Assembly: GCA_021781695.1 (NCBI GenBank)
Contig: JAJXWG010000001.1
Span: forward strand, 1-32,865
Direction of reading: 5' to 3'
Length of the DNA: 32,865 bases
From: Pseudomonadota bacterium
Lineage (GTDB): Bacteria > Pseudomonadota > Gammaproteobacteria > Burkholderiales > Gallionellaceae
Shown here: positions 17,474-27,475 of the stretch, in pieces
Layout of the letters: each line of letters starts with the position of its first letter
How positions within the stretch are numbered: the first letter of the stretch is position 1
The notes under the pieces: model-generated
Seen by the model: the letters and a program-made list of their open reading frames with translations, nothing else
The model's database searches: none
Told to the model about the DNA's origin: nothing
Program-made: the position numbers and the translations under genes

Positions 17474-20400
17474 TCTGAAATCCATACTCATCATCGGCGC
17501 AGGCCCTATCGTCATCGGCCAGGCATGCGAATTCGATTATTCCGGCGCGCAGGCCTGCAAGGCTCTGCGCGAGGAAGGTTATCGCGTGGTTCTGGTGAAC
17601 TCGAATCCGGCCACGATCATGACCGATCCCGACATGGCCGATGCGACCTATATCGAGCCCATCACATGGCAGATCGTCGAGAAGATTATCGCGAAAGAGC
17701 GCCCTGATGCGATTCTGCCTACGATGGGCGGGCAGACGGCGTTGAATTGCGCGCTGGACCTGGCAAAGCACGGCGTGCTGGAAAAATACCGGGTCGAGAT
17801 GATAGGCGCATCGCGCGAGGCCATCGACATGGCCGAAGATCGTGAAAAATTCAAGCAGGCGATGACGCGCATCGGTCTGGCATCGGCCCGTTCCGCTATT
17901 GCGCACAGCATGGAAGAGGCCTTGCAGGTCCAGCAGGTGATGGGTTATCCGACCATTATAAGGCCATCCTTCACGATGGGCGGCAGCGGCGGCGGCATCG
18001 CCTACAACCGCGAGGAATTCGTCACCATTTGCGAAGGCGGGCTTGAGGCGTCGCCCACCCGCGAGTTGCTGATCGAGGAATCGCTGCTCGGCTGGAAAGA
18101 GTATGAGATGGAGGTGGTGCGCGATCGCAATGACAATTGCATCATCATTTGCTCGATCGAAAACCTCGACCCTATGGGTGTGCACACCGGAGATTCGATA
18201 ACTGTCGCACCCGCGCAGACTTTGACCGACAAGGAATTCCAGATCATGCGCGATGCCTCCCTTGCGGTGCTGCGCGAAATCGGCGTGGAGACGGGCGGTT
18301 CCAACGTGCAGTTCTCCATCAATCCGGACAACGGGCGCATGGTGGTGATCGAGATGAATCCGCGCGTGTCCCGTTCCTCTGCATTGGCTTCCAAGGCAAC
18401 GGGTTTTCCTATCGCCAAGATAGCGGCAAAGCTGGCCGTGGGCTATACGCTGGACGAGTTGCAGAATGACATCACCGGAGGGGCCACACCCGCTTCGTTT
18501 GAGCCCACGATCGATTACGTGGTGACCAAGATACCGCGCTTTGCATTCGAGAAATTCCCCCAGGCCAACGATCGCCTGACCACACAGATGAAATCGGTCG
18601 GCGAGGTGATGGCCATAGGCCGCACTTTTCAGGAATCCTTCCAGAAAGCCTTGCGCGGACTGGAAGTGGGAGTGAACGGGCTGGATGTCAAATTCTCAAG
18701 CCTTGATGAAATCGCTGCGGAACTTGGAAATCCCGGCCCTGCTCGCATCTGGGCGGTATCCGACGCATTCCGCCTTGGCATGAGCGTGGATGAGGTATTC
18801 AATATCAGCAAGATAGACCGATGGTTCCTGGTGCAGATCGAAGATCTGGTCCGCCAGGAAGCGACGCTTCTGGGCCGTTCGCATGAAAGCATCAGTGCGG
18901 TTGAAATGCGCGCCTTGAAGCGCAGCGGGTTTGCCGATGCGCGTCTTGCGCATCTTCTGGGTACAGACACGGTTGGCGTGCGCGCGCATCGTCATGCGTT
19001 GGGTGTGCGCCCGGTCTACAAACGCGTGGACACCTGCGCTGCGGAATTTTCCACGGACACCGCCTACATGTATTCCACCTATGAGGAGGAATGCGAAGCG
19101 CTGCCGACAGCCAACAAGAAAATCATGGTGCTGGGCGGGGGGCCGAACCGCATCGGACAGGGCATCGAGTTTGATTATTGCTGCGTGCATGCGGCGCTGG
19201 CGATGCGCGAGGACGGTTATGAGACCATCATGGTCAACTGCAATCCGGAAACGGTATCCACAGATTACGACACGTCTGACCGTTTGTATTTCGAACCGCT
19301 GACGCTGGAAGATGTGCTGGAAGTGGTGGCAGTCGAAAAGCCGATCGGCGTGATCGTGCAGTACGGCGGACAGACTCCGCTGGGCCTGGCGCGCGGGCTG
19401 GAAAAGAACGGCGTGCCGATAATCGGCACCACGCCTGACATGATAGATTGCGCGGAAGATCGCGAACGCTTCAAGCAGATGTTGGTAGAGCTTGGCTTGA
19501 AACAGCCGCCCAATCGTACTGCAAGCACCGTGGCTGAAGGCATTGCAGGGGCTGCTGCGATAGGCTATCCGCTGGTGATGCGGCCGTCCAATGTGCTGGG
19601 CGGGCGTGCGATGGAGATCATCCATGCGCAGGCCGATCTTGAGCGATACATGCGCGATGCGGAAACGATGTCCAAAACCTATCCCGAGCGTCTGCCCATA
19701 CTGCTGGACCGTTTCCTGAACGATGCGATCGAGGTGGATGTGGATGCCGTGTCCGATGGATGCGACGTCATCATAGGCGGCATCATGGAGCATATCGAGG
19801 AGGCAGGCGTGCATTCGGGCGATTCGGCCTGTTCATTGCCGCCCTTCAGTTTGCCAGTGGCGATGCAAAACGAGCTGCGCCGCCAGACGGTCTTGATGGC
19901 GCGTGCGCTCAATGTGGTCGGTCTGATGAACGTGCAGTTCGCGATTCAGGGGGAGACGGTGTATGTGCTGGAAGTGAACCCGCGCGCATCCCGCACAGTG
20001 CCTTTTGTATCCAAAGCCACAGGTGTTCCGCTGGCAAAGATTGCAGCGCGCTGCATGGCAGGGCAGACGCTTACTCAGCAGGGCATCACCGCTGAAGTGG
20101 TGCCGGCATATTATTCCGTGAAGGAAGCGGTGTTCCCGTTCATCAAGTTCCCCGGGGTGGACACGATACTCGGCCCTGAAATGAAATCGACAGGGGAAGT
20201 GATGGGTGTGGGCGAAACTTTTGCAGAGGCTTTCGTCAAGTCGCAACTGGCAGCCAGCATCAAACTGCCCAAGGATGGCAAAGTATTCATCAGCGTGCGC
20301 GACGCCGACAAATCAGGTGTGGTCGAGGTTGCACGCTCGCTGGAAGCGCTGGGCTTTACGCTGCTGGCAACAAGAGGGACCGCATCGGCGATCAGTGCAC

Positions 20401-20690
20401 AGGGCATCAAGGTGGCTGTCGTGAACAAGGTGGCAGAAGGACGTCCGCATATCGTGGACATGTTGAAGAACGGCGAAATCAACCTGATCGTCAACACGGT
20501 GGACAGCAGGCCTGCCGCGATGCGCGACTCCTATTCGATACGGCATGCGGCCTTGCAGGGCAGGGTGACTTATTACACGACGCTGGCGGGTGCGCGTGCG
20601 GCCTGCATCGGCATGCATCACCTGGAGGATTTGCAGGTTTATGACGTACAGTCTCAGCATCAAAGAAAGACAGCAGCTATTAGCGAGTAG
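17457..20690 (+). CDS. carB: Carbamoyl-phosphate synthase large subunit
   Basis: [17 protein letters not shown], two ATP-grasp halves ([11 protein letters not shown]; EVNPRASRT), [10 protein letters not shown]-terminal MGS domain. Confidence 0.98.
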   Translation: MPKRTDLKSILIIGAGPIVIGQACEFDYSGAQACKALREEGYRVVLVNSNPATIMTDPDMADATYIEPITWQIVEKIIAKERPDAILPTMGGQTALNCALDLAKHGVLEKYRVEMIGASREAIDMAEDREKFKQAMTRIGLASARSAIAHSMEEALQVQQVMGYPTIIRPSFTMGGSGGGIAYNREEFVTICEGGLEASPTRELLIEESLLGWKEYEMEVVRDRNDNCIIICSIENLDPMGVHTGDSITVAPAQTLTDKEFQIMRDASLAVLREIGVETGGSNVQFSINPDNGRMVVIEMNPRVSRSSALASKATGFPIAKIAAKLAVGYTLDELQNDITGGATPASFEPTIDYVVTKIPRFAFEKFPQANDRLTTQMKSVGEVMAIGRTFQESFQKALRGLEVGVNGLDVKFSSLDEIAAELGNPGPARIWAVSDAFRLGMSVDEVFNISKIDRWFLVQIEDLVRQEATLLGRSHESISAVEMRALKRSGFADARLAHLLGTDTVGVRAHRHALGVRPVYKRVDTCAAEFSTDTAYMYSTYEEECEALPTANKKIMVLGGGPNRIGQGIEFDYCCVHAALAMREDGYETIMVNCNPETVSTDYDTSDRLYFEPLTLEDVLEVVAVEKPIGVIVQYGGQTPLGLARGLEKNGVPIIGTTPDMIDCAEDRERFKQMLVELGLKQPPNRTASTVAEGIAGAAAIGYPLVMRPSNVLGGRAMEIIHAQADLERYMRDAETMSKTYPERLPILLDRFLNDAIEVDVDAVSDGCDVIIGGIMEHIEEAGVHSGDSACSLPPFSLPVAMQNELRRQTVLMARALNVVGLMNVQFAIQGETVYVLEVNPRASRTVPFVSKATGVPLAKIAARCMAGQTLTQQGITAEVVPAYYSVKEAVFPFIKFPGVDTILGPEMKSTGEVMGVGETFAEAFVKSQLAASIKLPKDGKVFISVRDADKSGVVEVARSLEALGFTLLATRGTASAISAQGIKVAVVNKVAEGRPHIVDMLKNGEINLIVNTVDSRPAAMRDSYSIRHAALQGRVTYYTTLAGARAACIGMHHLEDLQVYDVQSQHQRKTAAISE

Positions 20691-20769
20691 CTGATTCGGC
20701 AGGTCGTGTTCGTCCGACTGGTTAAACCCGCGAAGCGAACAATATAATAACTGGCTACTAGCTATTAAC
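20673..20769. repeat. 7-bp-periodic palindromic element (copy A) between carB and greA
   Basis: Left arm GCAGCTA-TTAGCGA-GTAGCTG, right arm CTGGCTA-CTAGCTA-TTAAC; core GTTAAACCCGCGAAGCGAACAATAT at 20721-20745. Confidence 0.6.
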
Positions 20770-20785
20770 ACATGAAGGTTTAAGT

Positions 20786-21262
20786 ATGAGCAAAATTCCA
20801 TTGACTCTGGTTGGGGCAGAGATGCTGCGCCAGGAATTGCACCGTTTGAAGACGATAGAGCGGCCATCGGTGATCAACGCGATTTCCGAGGCGCGCGCGC
20901 AAGGGGACCTTTCCGAAAACGCGGAATATGAGGCGGCCAAGGAGAAACAGGGATTTGTTGAAGGGCGCATCATGGAGCTCGAGGGCAAGCTTGGCAGCGC
21001 CCAGATCATCGATCCCAAGACGCTCAATGCCAACGGGCGATGTGTGTTTGGTTCGACGGTGATACTGGAGGATGTCAACAGTGGCGATGTCGTGACTTAC
21101 CAGATCGTAGGCGACGATGAGGCGGATATCCGCGAGCGCAAGATTTCGATCAGCTCGCCGATAGCGCGTGCGCTGATCGGGAAATACAGCGGCGATGTGG
21201 CCGAGGTGCAGGCGCCCCACGGCGTGCGGGAATACGAAGTGGTCGAGGTTCAGTACATCTAA
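20786..21262 (+). CDS. greA: Transcription elongation factor GreA
   Basis: [38 protein letters not shown]; follows carB. Confidence 0.97.
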   Translation: MSKIPLTLVGAEMLRQELHRLKTIERPSVINAISEARAQGDLSENAEYEAAKEKQGFVEGRIMELEGKLGSAQIIDPKTLNANGRCVFGSTVILEDVNSGDVVTYQIVGDDEADIRERKISISSPIARALIGKYSGDVAEVQAPHGVREYEVVEVQYI

Positions 21263-21360
21263 AGGCAGTCGTTAGTGGATGGTCGCCAGAAGTTAGTTGA
21301 TATTGTCCGTTTCGCGGGTTTTAACTAAAAACTAGTGACTAGCGTCTAGCGACTGCTTTT
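21261..21360. repeat. 7-bp-periodic palindromic element (copy B) between convergent greA and yhbY; may also act as terminator
   Basis: Left GCAGTCG-TTAGTGG-ATGGTCG-CCAGAAG-TTAGTTG pairs with right TAACTAA-AAACTAG-TGACTAG-CGTCTAG-CGACTGC, flanked by AAAG/TTTT. Its centre carries the reverse complement of the copy A core. Confidence 0.7.
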
Positions 21361-21709
21361 ACCTGTTTCCCAGCTGTTTCTTGGTCAGCGGTTTCTTGCC
21401 CTTGTGGCGAGGCATCTGGCGGATTTCTATTTTGTTCACTTCCGGATTGGGCTTGAAGACAACCAGGATTTTGCCGATATGCTGTACGGGCTCAGCGTTT
21501 AATTTGGCGCAAATTTCGCTCAAAATGGCCTCACGTTCCGGGCGTTCCGCCATCGCGCGTATCTTGATGAGTTCGTGAAGCTTCAGGGTCTGCTCGATTT
21601 CCCTGAGGACGGATTCAGTCAGACCGGCATTGCCTATCATCACAGTGGGTTTTAATTGATGTGCGCGGGCCTTTAAGGCCAGGCGCTCTGAAACGGTCAG
21701 GACAGGCAT
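21359..21709 (-). CDS. yhbY: CRM-domain RNA-binding protein YhbY
   Basis: LKARAHQLKPTVMIGNAGLT, HELIKI, VQHIGKILVVF; basic C-terminal tail; between greA and rlmE. Confidence 0.93.
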   Translation of the reverse strand: MPVLTVSERLALKARAHQLKPTVMIGNAGLTESVLREIEQTLKLHELIKIRAMAERPEREAILSEICAKLNAEPVQHIGKILVVFKPNPEVNKIEIRQMPRHKGKKPLTKKQLGNR

Positions 21710-21747
21710 AATCTTCTCAAAATTTTACAGGACATGGATTCTAAACG

Positions 21748-22368
21748 ATGAAGCCATCCAAGACCAGCAAACAATGGATGCGTGAGCATATCAACGATCC
21801 TTTCGTGCAGCAGGCGCAAAAGGAGGGTTACCGCTCGCGTGCAGCCTACAAGCTGCTGGAGATCAATGCGCGGGATCATTTGATCAAGCCGGGCCAGGTG
21901 GTCGTGGACCTGGGCGCTGCACCCGGAGGATGGTGCCAGGTAGCCGCAAAAATCGTCGGAGAGGCTGGCAAGGTGATCGCGCTTGATCTTTTGCCTGTGG
22001 AACCTTTGCGCGGCGTTGAGTTCATACAGGGTGACTTTCGCGATGAAGAGGTATTGCGAAAACTCGAGTCCAGCCTGCACAATAGGCCCATAGGGCTTGT
22101 AATTTCAGATATGGCCCCCAACTTCAGCGGTGTATCACAGGTGGATCAGGATCGCGCGATATATCTGGCGGAACTGGCGATGGAGTTTGCCTTGAAGCAC
22201 CTGAATCCGGAGGGAAGCTTCCTGGTCAAGGTTTTTCAGGGGTCGGGATTCGAGAATTATATGAAGTTGATGCGCAGCCGTTTCGAGAAGGTCGTAACGC
22301 GCAAACCCAAGGCATCGAGGGATCGCAGCAGCGAAGTGTATCTTTTGGGCACCGGAGTGCTTGAGTAA
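21748..22368 (+). CDS. rlmE: 23S rRNA Um2552 2'-O-methyltransferase RlmE (FtsJ/RrmJ)
   Basis: [41 protein letters not shown]. Confidence 0.97.
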   Translation: MKPSKTSKQWMREHINDPFVQQAQKEGYRSRAAYKLLEINARDHLIKPGQVVVDLGAAPGGWCQVAAKIVGEAGKVIALDLLPVEPLRGVEFIQGDFRDEEVLRKLESSLHNRPIGLVISDMAPNFSGVSQVDQDRAIYLAELAMEFALKHLNPEGSFLVKVFQGSGFENYMKLMRSRFEKVVTRKPKASRDRSSEVYLLGTGVLE

Positions 22369-22424
22369 TCAGCCGATACATAGTCTAATGGCATACCTTG
22401 GTAGTATGCATATAAGGAATTATC

Positions 22425-24326
22425 TTGAACAATTTTAAAAGTATTGCAATCTGGCTGGTCGTGGCCCTGGTTCTGATGACCGTATTCAACCAGTTTAATT
22501 CACGCCAGCAGGTTACGTCGCAGGCGCACCTGGACTATTCACAGTTCCTCGATGAGGTTAAAAAAGGGGAGATTGCCAAGGTGGTCATCGAGGGCCGCAC
22601 CCTGAATGCGACAACCACTGAAGGCAAGCATGTCAGCACCTATGCGCCCAGCGATTTGTGGATGGTGTCCGATCTTCTGAAAAACGGCGTCAGCATCGAA
22701 GCCAAGCCGGAAGAAGAGCAATCCTTCCTGATGAGCGTGTTCGTGTCATGGTTCCCGATGATTTTGCTGATCGCGGTGTGGGTGTTCTTCATGCGCCAGA
22801 TGCAAGGTGGCGGCAAGGGAGGAGCGTTTTCATTTGGCAAGTCGCGCGCGCGCATGCTGGATGAAGCGAAGGAGCGGGTGACTTTTGCGGATGTCGCAGG
22901 TTGCGACGAGGCCAAGGAAGAAGTTTCAGAACTGGTGGACTTTCTGCGCGATCCGACCAAATTCCAGAATCTGGGCGGACGCATTCCGCGCGGCGTTCTG
23001 ATGGTGGGCAGTCCAGGCACCGGCAAGACCCTGCTGGCAAAGGCCATCGCAGGCGAGGCCAAGGTGCCGTTCTTCTCGATCTCGGGTTCCGATTTCGTCG
23101 AGATGTTCGTGGGTGTGGGCGCTGCGCGAGTGCGCGACATGTTCGAACAGGCCAAGAAACAGTCGCCCTGCATCATCTTCATCGATGAGATCGATGCGGT
23201 AGGTCGCCAGCGCGGCGCAGGACTGGGTGGCGGCAACGACGAGCGCGAACAGACGCTGAATGCGCTGCTGGTCGAAATGGACGGATTCGAGGGCGCTTCC
23301 GGCGTAATCGTGATCGCGGCGACCAATCGGCCCGACGTGCTGGATGCCGCACTGCTGCGCCCGGGGCGTTTCGACCGCCAGGTAGTGGTGCCGTTGCCGG
23401 ATATACGCGGCCGCGAACAGATACTCGCGGTGCACATGCGCAAGGTGCCCTGCTCGCCTGACGTCGATGCCAGCATACTGGCGCGCGGAACGCCAGGCAT
23501 GTCCGGCGCCGATCTGGCAAATCTGGTGAACGAGGCCGCGCTGTTTGCAGCGCGCCGCACCAAGCGCTTTGTCGAGATGGACGACTTCGAGGCAGCCAAG
23601 GACAAGATCTTCATGGGTGCTGAACGCCGTTCCATGGTGATGCCGGAAGAAGAGCGCCGCAACACGGCTTATCACGAATCGGGCCACGCTCTGGTTGCAA
23701 AGCTGATGCCCAAGACCGATCCGGTGCACAAGGTGACGATCATTCCGCGCGGACGCGCGCTGGGTCTGACCATGCAGCTGCCGTCCGAGGACAGGTACAG
23801 CATGGACAAGGAACGCATCCTGTCCACCATCGCAGTGCTGTTTGGCGGCCGCATTGCCGAGGAAGTGTTCATGCACCAGATGACCACGGGCGCGTCCAAC
23901 GACTTCGAGCGCGCAACCGACATGGCGCGCAAGATGGTCACGCAATGGGGCATGTCTGATGCGCTGGGTCCGATGGTGTACGGGGAAAACGAGGGCGAGG
24001 TCTTCCTGGGCCGTTCTGTCACGACGCACAAAAACATTTCGGAGGCGACCATGCAGAAGGTGGACACCGAGATACGCCACATCATCGATGAGCAATATGC
24101 GTTGGCGCGCAACCTGATCGAGACGCACCGCGACAAGATCGAGGCGATGACTGCTGCGCTTCTGGAATGGGAAACGATAGACGCTGACCAGATCAACGAT
24201 ATCATGGCTGGCAATCCGCCCCGTCCTCCCAAACCCAGCCAGTCGGCGCAGGCGCCCAAGCCTCCCAAGGATGAAACGCCTTCTGCGCCTGCGGTCACAC
24301 CCACCCAGCCGGCGCAGGAAATGTAA
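22425..24326 (+). CDS. ftsH: ATP-dependent zinc metalloprotease FtsH
   Basis: TTG start with AAGGA RBS; two TMs, Walker A GSPGTGKT, Walker [32 protein letters not shown] zinc motif; Pro-rich tail. Confidence 0.98.
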   Translation: MNNFKSIAIWLVVALVLMTVFNQFNSRQQVTSQAHLDYSQFLDEVKKGEIAKVVIEGRTLNATTTEGKHVSTYAPSDLWMVSDLLKNGVSIEAKPEEEQSFLMSVFVSWFPMILLIAVWVFFMRQMQGGGKGGAFSFGKSRARMLDEAKERVTFADVAGCDEAKEEVSELVDFLRDPTKFQNLGGRIPRGVLMVGSPGTGKTLLAKAIAGEAKVPFFSISGSDFVEMFVGVGAARVRDMFEQAKKQSPCIIFIDEIDAVGRQRGAGLGGGNDEREQTLNALLVEMDGFEGASGVIVIAATNRPDVLDAALLRPGRFDRQVVVPLPDIRGREQILAVHMRKVPCSPDVDASILARGTPGMSGADLANLVNEAALFAARRTKRFVEMDDFEAAKDKIFMGAERRSMVMPEEERRNTAYHESGHALVAKLMPKTDPVHKVTIIPRGRALGLTMQLPSEDRYSMDKERILSTIAVLFGGRIAEEVFMHQMTTGASNDFERATDMARKMVTQWGMSDALGPMVYGENEGEVFLGRSVTTHKNISEATMQKVDTEIRHIIDEQYALARNLIETHRDKIEAMTAALLEWETIDADQINDIMAGNPPRPPKPSQSAQAPKPPKDETPSAPAVTPTQPAQEM

Positions 24327-24330
24327 AAAG

Positions 24331-24389
24331 CAGCTTGTAGCCCGTAGCGAGTAGCAGTGCTTTGGCTACAGGCTGCCAGCTACCAGCTG
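24331..24389. repeat. 7-bp-periodic palindromic element (copy C) between ftsH and folP
   Basis: CAGC-tt-GTAGC-cc-GTAGC-ga-GTAGC, 9-nt loop, GCTAC-ag-GCTGC-ca-GCTAC-ca-GCTG. Confidence 0.7.
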
Positions 24390-24391
24390 AT

Positions 24392-25213
24392 ATGTTGCTC
24401 TGCGGCTCTTTCCAATTCGATCTCGCGCGCCCATTGGTGATGGGCATCCTGAATGTCACCCCGGATTCTTTTTCCGATGGCGGGCAGTACCATCAACGCG
24501 ATGCAGCGATTCGACGTGCAACACAGCTCATCGAAGATGGCGCTGATATCATCGATATCGGCGGAGAATCGACGCGCCCAGGCGCCATGCCGGTTGGCTT
24601 GCAGGAAGAGCTGGATCGCGTGCTGCCTGTCATCGAGGCTTTGCAGGGCGTTCCGGTTTCAATTGACAGTTTCAAGCCTGAAGTCATGAAGGCGGCCATC
24701 GCAGCGGGTGCCGCGATGGTCAACGACATCAACGCGCTTCAGGATATCGATGCGATGAAGGCGGTTGCCGCCAGCGATGCTGCGGTTTGCCTGATGCACA
24801 AGCAGGGTGATCCGCAAACCATGCAGCATCAGCCGGAATATCGCGATGTGGTATCAGAGGTGAAGGATTTCCTGCAGGGCCGCATCGAGGCTTCTCTGGC
24901 GGCGGGCATCTCGTATGATCGCATCGTCATCGATCCGGGGTTTGGCTTTGGCAAGACATTGGCGCACAATCTCGCCTTGCTGCGCAGTCTGGATGAATTC
25001 AAAGAACTGAATATGCCGATACTGGCAGGGCTTTCAAGAAAATCCATGCTGGGCCTGATAACGGGCCGTGATGCGCAGCACAGGATGACGGCAAGCGTGG
25101 CGGCGGCATTGATCGCTGCCCAACGCGGCGCATCCATCCTGCGCGTGCACGACGTGCAAGAAACGGTGGATGCGATAAAAATCTGGGATGCGGTAAACAG
25201 GGGGATGGCATGA
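24392..25213 (+). CDS. folP: Dihydropteroate synthase
   Basis: [50 protein letters not shown] 24392 preferred; the track TTG at 24362 lies inside the repeat hairpin. Confidence 0.96.
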   Translation: MLLCGSFQFDLARPLVMGILNVTPDSFSDGGQYHQRDAAIRRATQLIEDGADIIDIGGESTRPGAMPVGLQEELDRVLPVIEALQGVPVSIDSFKPEVMKAAIAAGAAMVNDINALQDIDAMKAVAASDAAVCLMHKQGDPQTMQHQPEYRDVVSEVKDFLQGRIEASLAAGISYDRIVIDPGFGFGKTLAHNLALLRSLDEFKELNMPILAGLSRKSMLGLITGRDAQHRMTASVAAALIAAQRGASILRVHDVQETVDAIKIWDAVNRGMA

Positions 25214-26565
25214 GCAGAAAGTATTTTGGTACGGATGGCATACGCGGGCGTGTCGGCGAATTCCCGATCACGCCGCAGTTTGTGATGACGCTGGGTTATG
25301 CTGCAGGACGTGTTCTGGCCAGTGCGGAGCACACGGCAGGCGAGCGCTCATCGGTATTGATCGGCAAGGACACGCGCATCTCGGGCTATATGCTGGAGTC
25401 CGCGCTGCAGGCGGGCCTGATTGCAGCCGGCATCGATGTGTATCTGGCAGGCCCAATTCCTACGCCTGCCGTGGCCTATCTCACCCGTGCCTTGCGTTTG
25501 CAGGCGGGCATCGTGATTTCTGCCTCGCATAATCCCTTTGAAGACAACGGCATCAAGTTTTTTTCCGCAAGCGGCAACAAGCTGCCCGACAGCGTCGAGC
25601 AGGAAATCGAGGCTGGCCTGGAACAGCCCATCAGGATCGAGTCCTCCGATCAGCTGGGCAAGGCGCGCCGTCTGGATGATGCGGTCGGCCGCTATATCGA
25701 ATTTTGCAAGGGGACTTTCCCGTCCGCGATGAATCTGCGCGGCATGAAGATCGTGGTGGACTGCGCGCATGGTGCAACCTATCACATTGCGCGCAGCGTT
25801 TTTCACGAGCTGGGTGCGGAAGTCATAGCCATCGGTGTCCAGCCAGATGGGAAAAACATCAACGATGGATATGGCGCGACCGCTCCTGCCAATCTGCAGA
25901 AGGCCGTGCTTGAGCATCATGCCGACATAGGCATCGCGCTGGATGGCGACGGCGATCGGCTGGTGATGGTGGATGGTTTTGGCAAACTTTACGATGGCGA
26001 CCAGCTGCTGTATGTGATTGCGCGCCACCGCAAGGAACAGGGAAAACTGCAGGGCGGTGTGGTCGGCACCTTGATGACGAATCTGGCATTCGAGCATGCG
26101 ATGCAGCAGATGAGCATTCCCTTCATGCGTGCCCGCGTGGGCGACCGCTATGTGATGGAGTTGCTGCAGCAGCAGGGCTGGCAATTGGGCGGCGAAAATT
26201 CCGGACACATCATCTGTCTGGACAAGCACAGCACGGGTGACGGCATCGTGTCCGCACTGGAGGTGCTGCATGCGTTGCGCACCAAGAAACAAAGCCTGTC
26301 CGAGGCGGCAGGCGGTTTGCAGCTCTATCCCCAGATACTCGTCAACGTCAGGATTGCAAAGGGGGTGGATTGCCTGGCTCACGCAAAAGTGCAGGAGGCG
26401 GTCACCAATGCAGAACGCGAGCTCAATGGGTGCGGACGCGTGCTGTTGCGCCCATCCGGCACAGAGCCGCTGCTGCGCGTGATGGTAGAGGGCGAGAACA
26501 GGGATCTGGTTGAACAGTGCGCGAAGCAGATTGCAGAAGTGGTGCGCAAACAGGCATCCGCCTGA
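25210..26565 (+). CDS. glmM: Phosphoglucosamine mutase
   Basis: [16 protein letters not shown] (phosphoserine), DGDGDR, GGENSGH, RPSGTEP; ATGA overlap with folP. Confidence 0.97.
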   Translation: MSRKYFGTDGIRGRVGEFPITPQFVMTLGYAAGRVLASAEHTAGERSSVLIGKDTRISGYMLESALQAGLIAAGIDVYLAGPIPTPAVAYLTRALRLQAGIVISASHNPFEDNGIKFFSASGNKLPDSVEQEIEAGLEQPIRIESSDQLGKARRLDDAVGRYIEFCKGTFPSAMNLRGMKIVVDCAHGATYHIARSVFHELGAEVIAIGVQPDGKNINDGYGATAPANLQKAVLEHHADIGIALDGDGDRLVMVDGFGKLYDGDQLLYVIARHRKEQGKLQGGVVGTLMTNLAFEHAMQQMSIPFMRARVGDRYVMELLQQQGWQLGGENSGHIICLDKHSTGDGIVSALEVLHALRTKKQSLSEAAGGLQLYPQILVNVRIAKGVDCLAHAKVQEAVTNAERELNGCGRVLLRPSGTEPLLRVMVEGENRDLVEQCAKQIAEVVRKQASA

Positions 26566-27453
26566 TCAGGCCGCAAACTGCTTAAAGCCTGCAAGCTTTT
26601 CAGGCTGCCAGTTTTCTTTCGCCCAGGCCAGCATCTCATCGATGCTGGCAGAGCGCAAGTCGTCGGGCGGCTGCTGCCTCAAAAACAGTAATACTTTAAA
26701 CATCGTATCGGGACTTTGCTCGGCGGGTCTGGCGAGTGTCTGTTTGCTGAGCTTTTCTCCTTTTCCATTCACCGCGACAGGCAGATGCATGTAATTCGGT
26801 GTGGCAAGCCCCAGCAGTCTCTGCAAATGCATCTGGCGGGGCGTGGAATAAAGCAGGTCTGCGCCGCGCACCACGTGAGTAATCTGTTGAGCCGCATCGT
26901 CGACCACTACGGCAAGCTGATAGGCAAACAGTTGGTCGGCGCGCCTGACTACGAAGTCCCCGATTTCGCTTTCAATGTGCTGTGATATGCGCCCTTGCAA
27001 CCTGTCTTCAAATACAACCGCTTCATCGTTCGTTTTCACGCGCCACGCCTTCCCCTCGCGGCCGGAAAAAATGCCGTTGCGGCAGGTGCCGGGATACACC
27101 GGGCCCTCTATGCCATGCAATGCGGAGTCAAGAATTTCGCGGCGCGTGCAGGCACAAAGATAGGCGGCGTTCATCTCCTTTAGCTGCTGCAGCGCCATTT
27201 CATAGGCAGAAGTGCGCTGGCTCTGATACATCACGGGTTCGTCGCTGGAAAGGCCAAACTCAGAAAGCGTTTGCAGGATATCATCCGCAGCGCCGGGCAT
27301 GGATCGCGGGACATCCAGGTCTTCCATGCGCACAAGCCAGATGCCGTCGTGGTGTCTTGCATCCAGATAGCTTGCAACGGCCGCCGCAAGCGAGCCGAAA
27401 TGCAGCGGGCCGGTGGGGGAAGGGGCAAAGCGGCCGCGATAACCAGCGGTCAT
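26566..27453 (-). CDS. gluQ: Glutamyl-Q tRNA(Asp) synthetase
   Basis: RFAPSPTGPLHFGS, CxC...Y.G.C zinc site, YQLAVVVDD, VVRGADL, KLSKQ; lacks the anticodon-binding domain of GluRS. Confidence 0.93.
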   Translation of the reverse strand: MTAGYRGRFAPSPTGPLHFGSLAAAVASYLDARHHDGIWLVRMEDLDVPRSMPGAADDILQTLSEFGLSSDEPVMYQSQRTSAYEMALQQLKEMNAAYLCACTRREILDSALHGIEGPVYPGTCRNGIFSGREGKAWRVKTNDEAVVFEDRLQGRISQHIESEIGDFVVRRADQLFAYQLAVVVDDAAQQITHVVRGADLLYSTPRQMHLQRLLGLATPNYMHLPVAVNGKGEKLSKQTLARPAEQSPDTMFKVLLFLRQQPPDDLRSASIDEMLAWAKENWQPEKLAGFKQFAA

Positions 27454-27475
27454 TGCAGTTCAATCCCGCGGGGCG

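Noticed and set aside
20673-21360. CRISPR array or IS/composite transposon interpretation of the repeats around greA
   Set aside because: No regular repeat-spacer units, cas genes, transposase or target-site duplication; greA is in its normal carB-greA-yhbY-rlmE context.
22391-22409. GCATAC/GTATGC hairpin upstream of the ftsH RBS
   Set aside because: Short stem that does not cover the SD and has no U-tract; insufficient evidence of function.
22640-24304. Long antisense ORFs (341, 400, 210 aa) over ftsH
   Set aside because: Shadow frames of a codon-biased conserved gene; the same applies to those over carB, glmM, clpA, the DGC and asmA.
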